Source: the human T2T-CHM13v2.0 reference genome, Homo sapiens. Taken from it: a DNA stretch of 64,000 nucleotides. The notes beneath the pieces are model-generated. The model had not been told where the DNA came from. It saw only the letters and a list, made by a program, of their open reading frames with translations, and did not search any database. The position numbers were made by a program, and so were the translations under genes. The first letter of the stretch is position 1; the number at the start of each line of letters is the position of its first letter. The stretch lies in the NCBI RefSeq assembly GCF_009914755.1, contig NC_060943.1, one strand, 5' to 3'. This document shows positions 56,472 through 64,000 of this stretch, piece by piece.

Positions 56472-56807
56472 TAATCGTAGCTCCACCCACTCGAGCCGGG
56501 TGCCTTCGCGTTTCCCGTTTTTAAATGAGATAGTGGCACACCCGGTGGCATCCTCCCACCCGGGCTCTTATCGGCGGTCCCAGACCCTGCTTGAGCGCCT
56601 CCGGGTGTCAAGGGCCCCTGAGGACACTAAAGCTCTCGAACCCCGATGTGGACCCCCGTGCGGCGCGGGGCAGCCTGGCTGGGAACCCTGCTCGGCCCTG
56701 GAGAGGGGCCCCCCGAGCCGAGGGGAGGAGCGGCGCATGCCCACAAGCCCCCCGCGGGAAGTAGGAAATCGACCGACCAGGCGGTGCGCTTCGGACCCAG
56801 CCAGGGC

Positions 56808-61440
<4,633 letters not shown>

Positions 61441-61533
61441 GTGCTGGGGAGTTGGCCATCCAGCCTGGGGAGAAATGTTTGAATGTTCCAGCTGCCCCAT
61501 GCTGACAGCAGCCCCCATCTCTGGTTTCAGAAG

Positions 61534-61535
<2 letters not shown>

Positions 61536-61597
<62 letters not shown>

Positions 61598-61601
61598 GTG
61601 T
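61536..61601. repeat. Interrupted (GT)n microsatellite in the ANKLE1 last exon
   Basis: About 33 GT units with one TT interruption at 61578. Confidence 0.95.
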
Positions 61602-61894
61602 AGGGAGCACCCAGGCAGATCTCCCCCAGGCTGAGAGAGGACTTTGTTACAGATGGTACTGCTGGAGAGGTAGTAAGTAGTGAGCTCCCCATCGTGGGAG
61701 GAGGACAAGAAGGGAAGCAGAAGGTGCTTTGGAACAGTCCGGTGCTTCTGTAAGAGGCGTTTGAACCTGGGCAACTCCACCTGGAATAGGAGCTGGGTAA
61801 AATGAGGCTGAAACCTACTGGGCTGCATTCCCAGATGGTTAAAGCATTCTAAGTCACGGGATCAGGTAGGAGGTCAGCACAAGATAACGGGTCA

Positions 61895-62362
<468 letters not shown>

Positions 62363-62513
62363 TTAACCTTTAGACCCTATATGGTCTAAAAAGGGGAGGC
62401 ATGAATAATCCACCCCTTGTTTAGCATATCATCAAGAAATAACCATAAAAATGGGCAACCAGCAGCCCTGCCCTGTCTATGGAGTAGCCATTCTTTTATT
62501 CCTTTAGTTTCTT

Positions 62514-62519
62514 AATAAA
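62514..62519 (+). terminator. Probable ANKLE1 polyadenylation signal (LTR-derived AATAAA)
   Basis: First AATAAA I can see after the ANKLE1 stop, at the usual LTR poly(A) signal position. Confidence 0.7.
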
Positions 62520-62747
62520 TTTGCTTTCACTGTACTCTATGAACTCGCCCTGGATTCTTTCTAGCGTGAGATTGGAGAACCCTCTCTTGGGGTCTGGATC
62601 GGGCCTTTCTGGTAACACTTTGGCAGCTTGGTGCTGTCAAAATGGATGGAGCCTGCCAGGCGCGGTGGCTCACGCCTGTAATCCCAGCACTTTGGGAGGC
62701 TGAGGCAGGTGGATCACAAGGTCAGGAGATTGAGACCGTCCTGGCTA

Positions 62748-63020
<273 letters not shown>

Positions 63021-63683
63021 TCAGCTGCACTCAGGATATCTACCCAGCTCAAGAGCCAAGTTCACTGCTACCCAGCCGTGAGACCTCTGATCAGTATTTT
63101 ATCTGCCTGAGCATCAGTTTCCTTGGTTGTACAGTGGAGGCAGTAAAGAGGTCCTACTCCAGGGGATCATTGTAAGGTCATGTTGGGGCTGGGTGTCACG
63201 CTTGTAATCCCAGCACTTTGGGAGGCTGAGGCGGGAGCATAGCATGAGCCCAGGAGTTTGAGACCAGCCTGGGCAACATAGCAAGACTCTATCTCTACGA
63301 AAAGTAAAAACATTAGGCGGATCTGGTGGGTGGGCCTGTGGTCCTAGCTGCTTGGGAGCCTGAGGTGGGAAGATTGCTTGAGCCTGGGAGTTGGAGGCTT
63401 CAAGGAGCTACCATCACAGCACTGCACTCCAGCCTGGGCGATATCAAGATCCTGTCTCTTAAAAAAACTATAAAAATTTAAAAATAAGGTCATGTGAGCA
63501 AAGTGTGTGGCTCAGAGCCCAAAGTGTGTGGCAGTGCAGCCCAGGCGAGAACTTGCTGGAGGAAGGGGAGGTGTGGGGGCCCTCAAGGGGCCGCCTGTGT
63601 GATGAGGCGTGAGCAGGGCTGGGACCCTCCTCAGGATCATTGTGCAACCCCAGCCTCCCCTGTTGCTTCTGGGAACCTGTTTA

Positions 63684-63999
<316 letters not shown>

Positions 64000-64000
64000 G

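Overview
Human-type, GC-rich, Alu-dense locus recognised from its proteins as the 19p13.11 cluster OCEL1(+), NR2F6(-), USHBP1(-), BABAM1(+), ANKLE1(+). I rebuilt all five CDSs exon by exon from GT-AG junctions. They add up to intact ORFs of 264, 404, 703, 329 and 615 aa, each with a downstream AATAAA. Most ORF-track entries are Alu-derived or GC-content artefacts. I found no new protein-coding system, CRISPR array or RNA gene. The most interesting signals are in RNA processing and regulation: (1) a U12-type intron followed by a 25-nt microexon in BABAM1; (2) a 300-nt AG-free zone before NR2F6 exon 3; (3) an ANKLE1 exon-8-skip frame that translates a (GT)n microsatellite and ends in CVCV; (4) a MER41 solo LTR supplying the probable ANKLE1 poly(A) signal; (5) four uORFs and concentric inverted repeats in the NR2F6 leader; (6) candidate CArG, DR1, p53, octamer, FOX:ETS and CTCF elements. 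Gene identities and repeat families come from recall and were not searched against a database.
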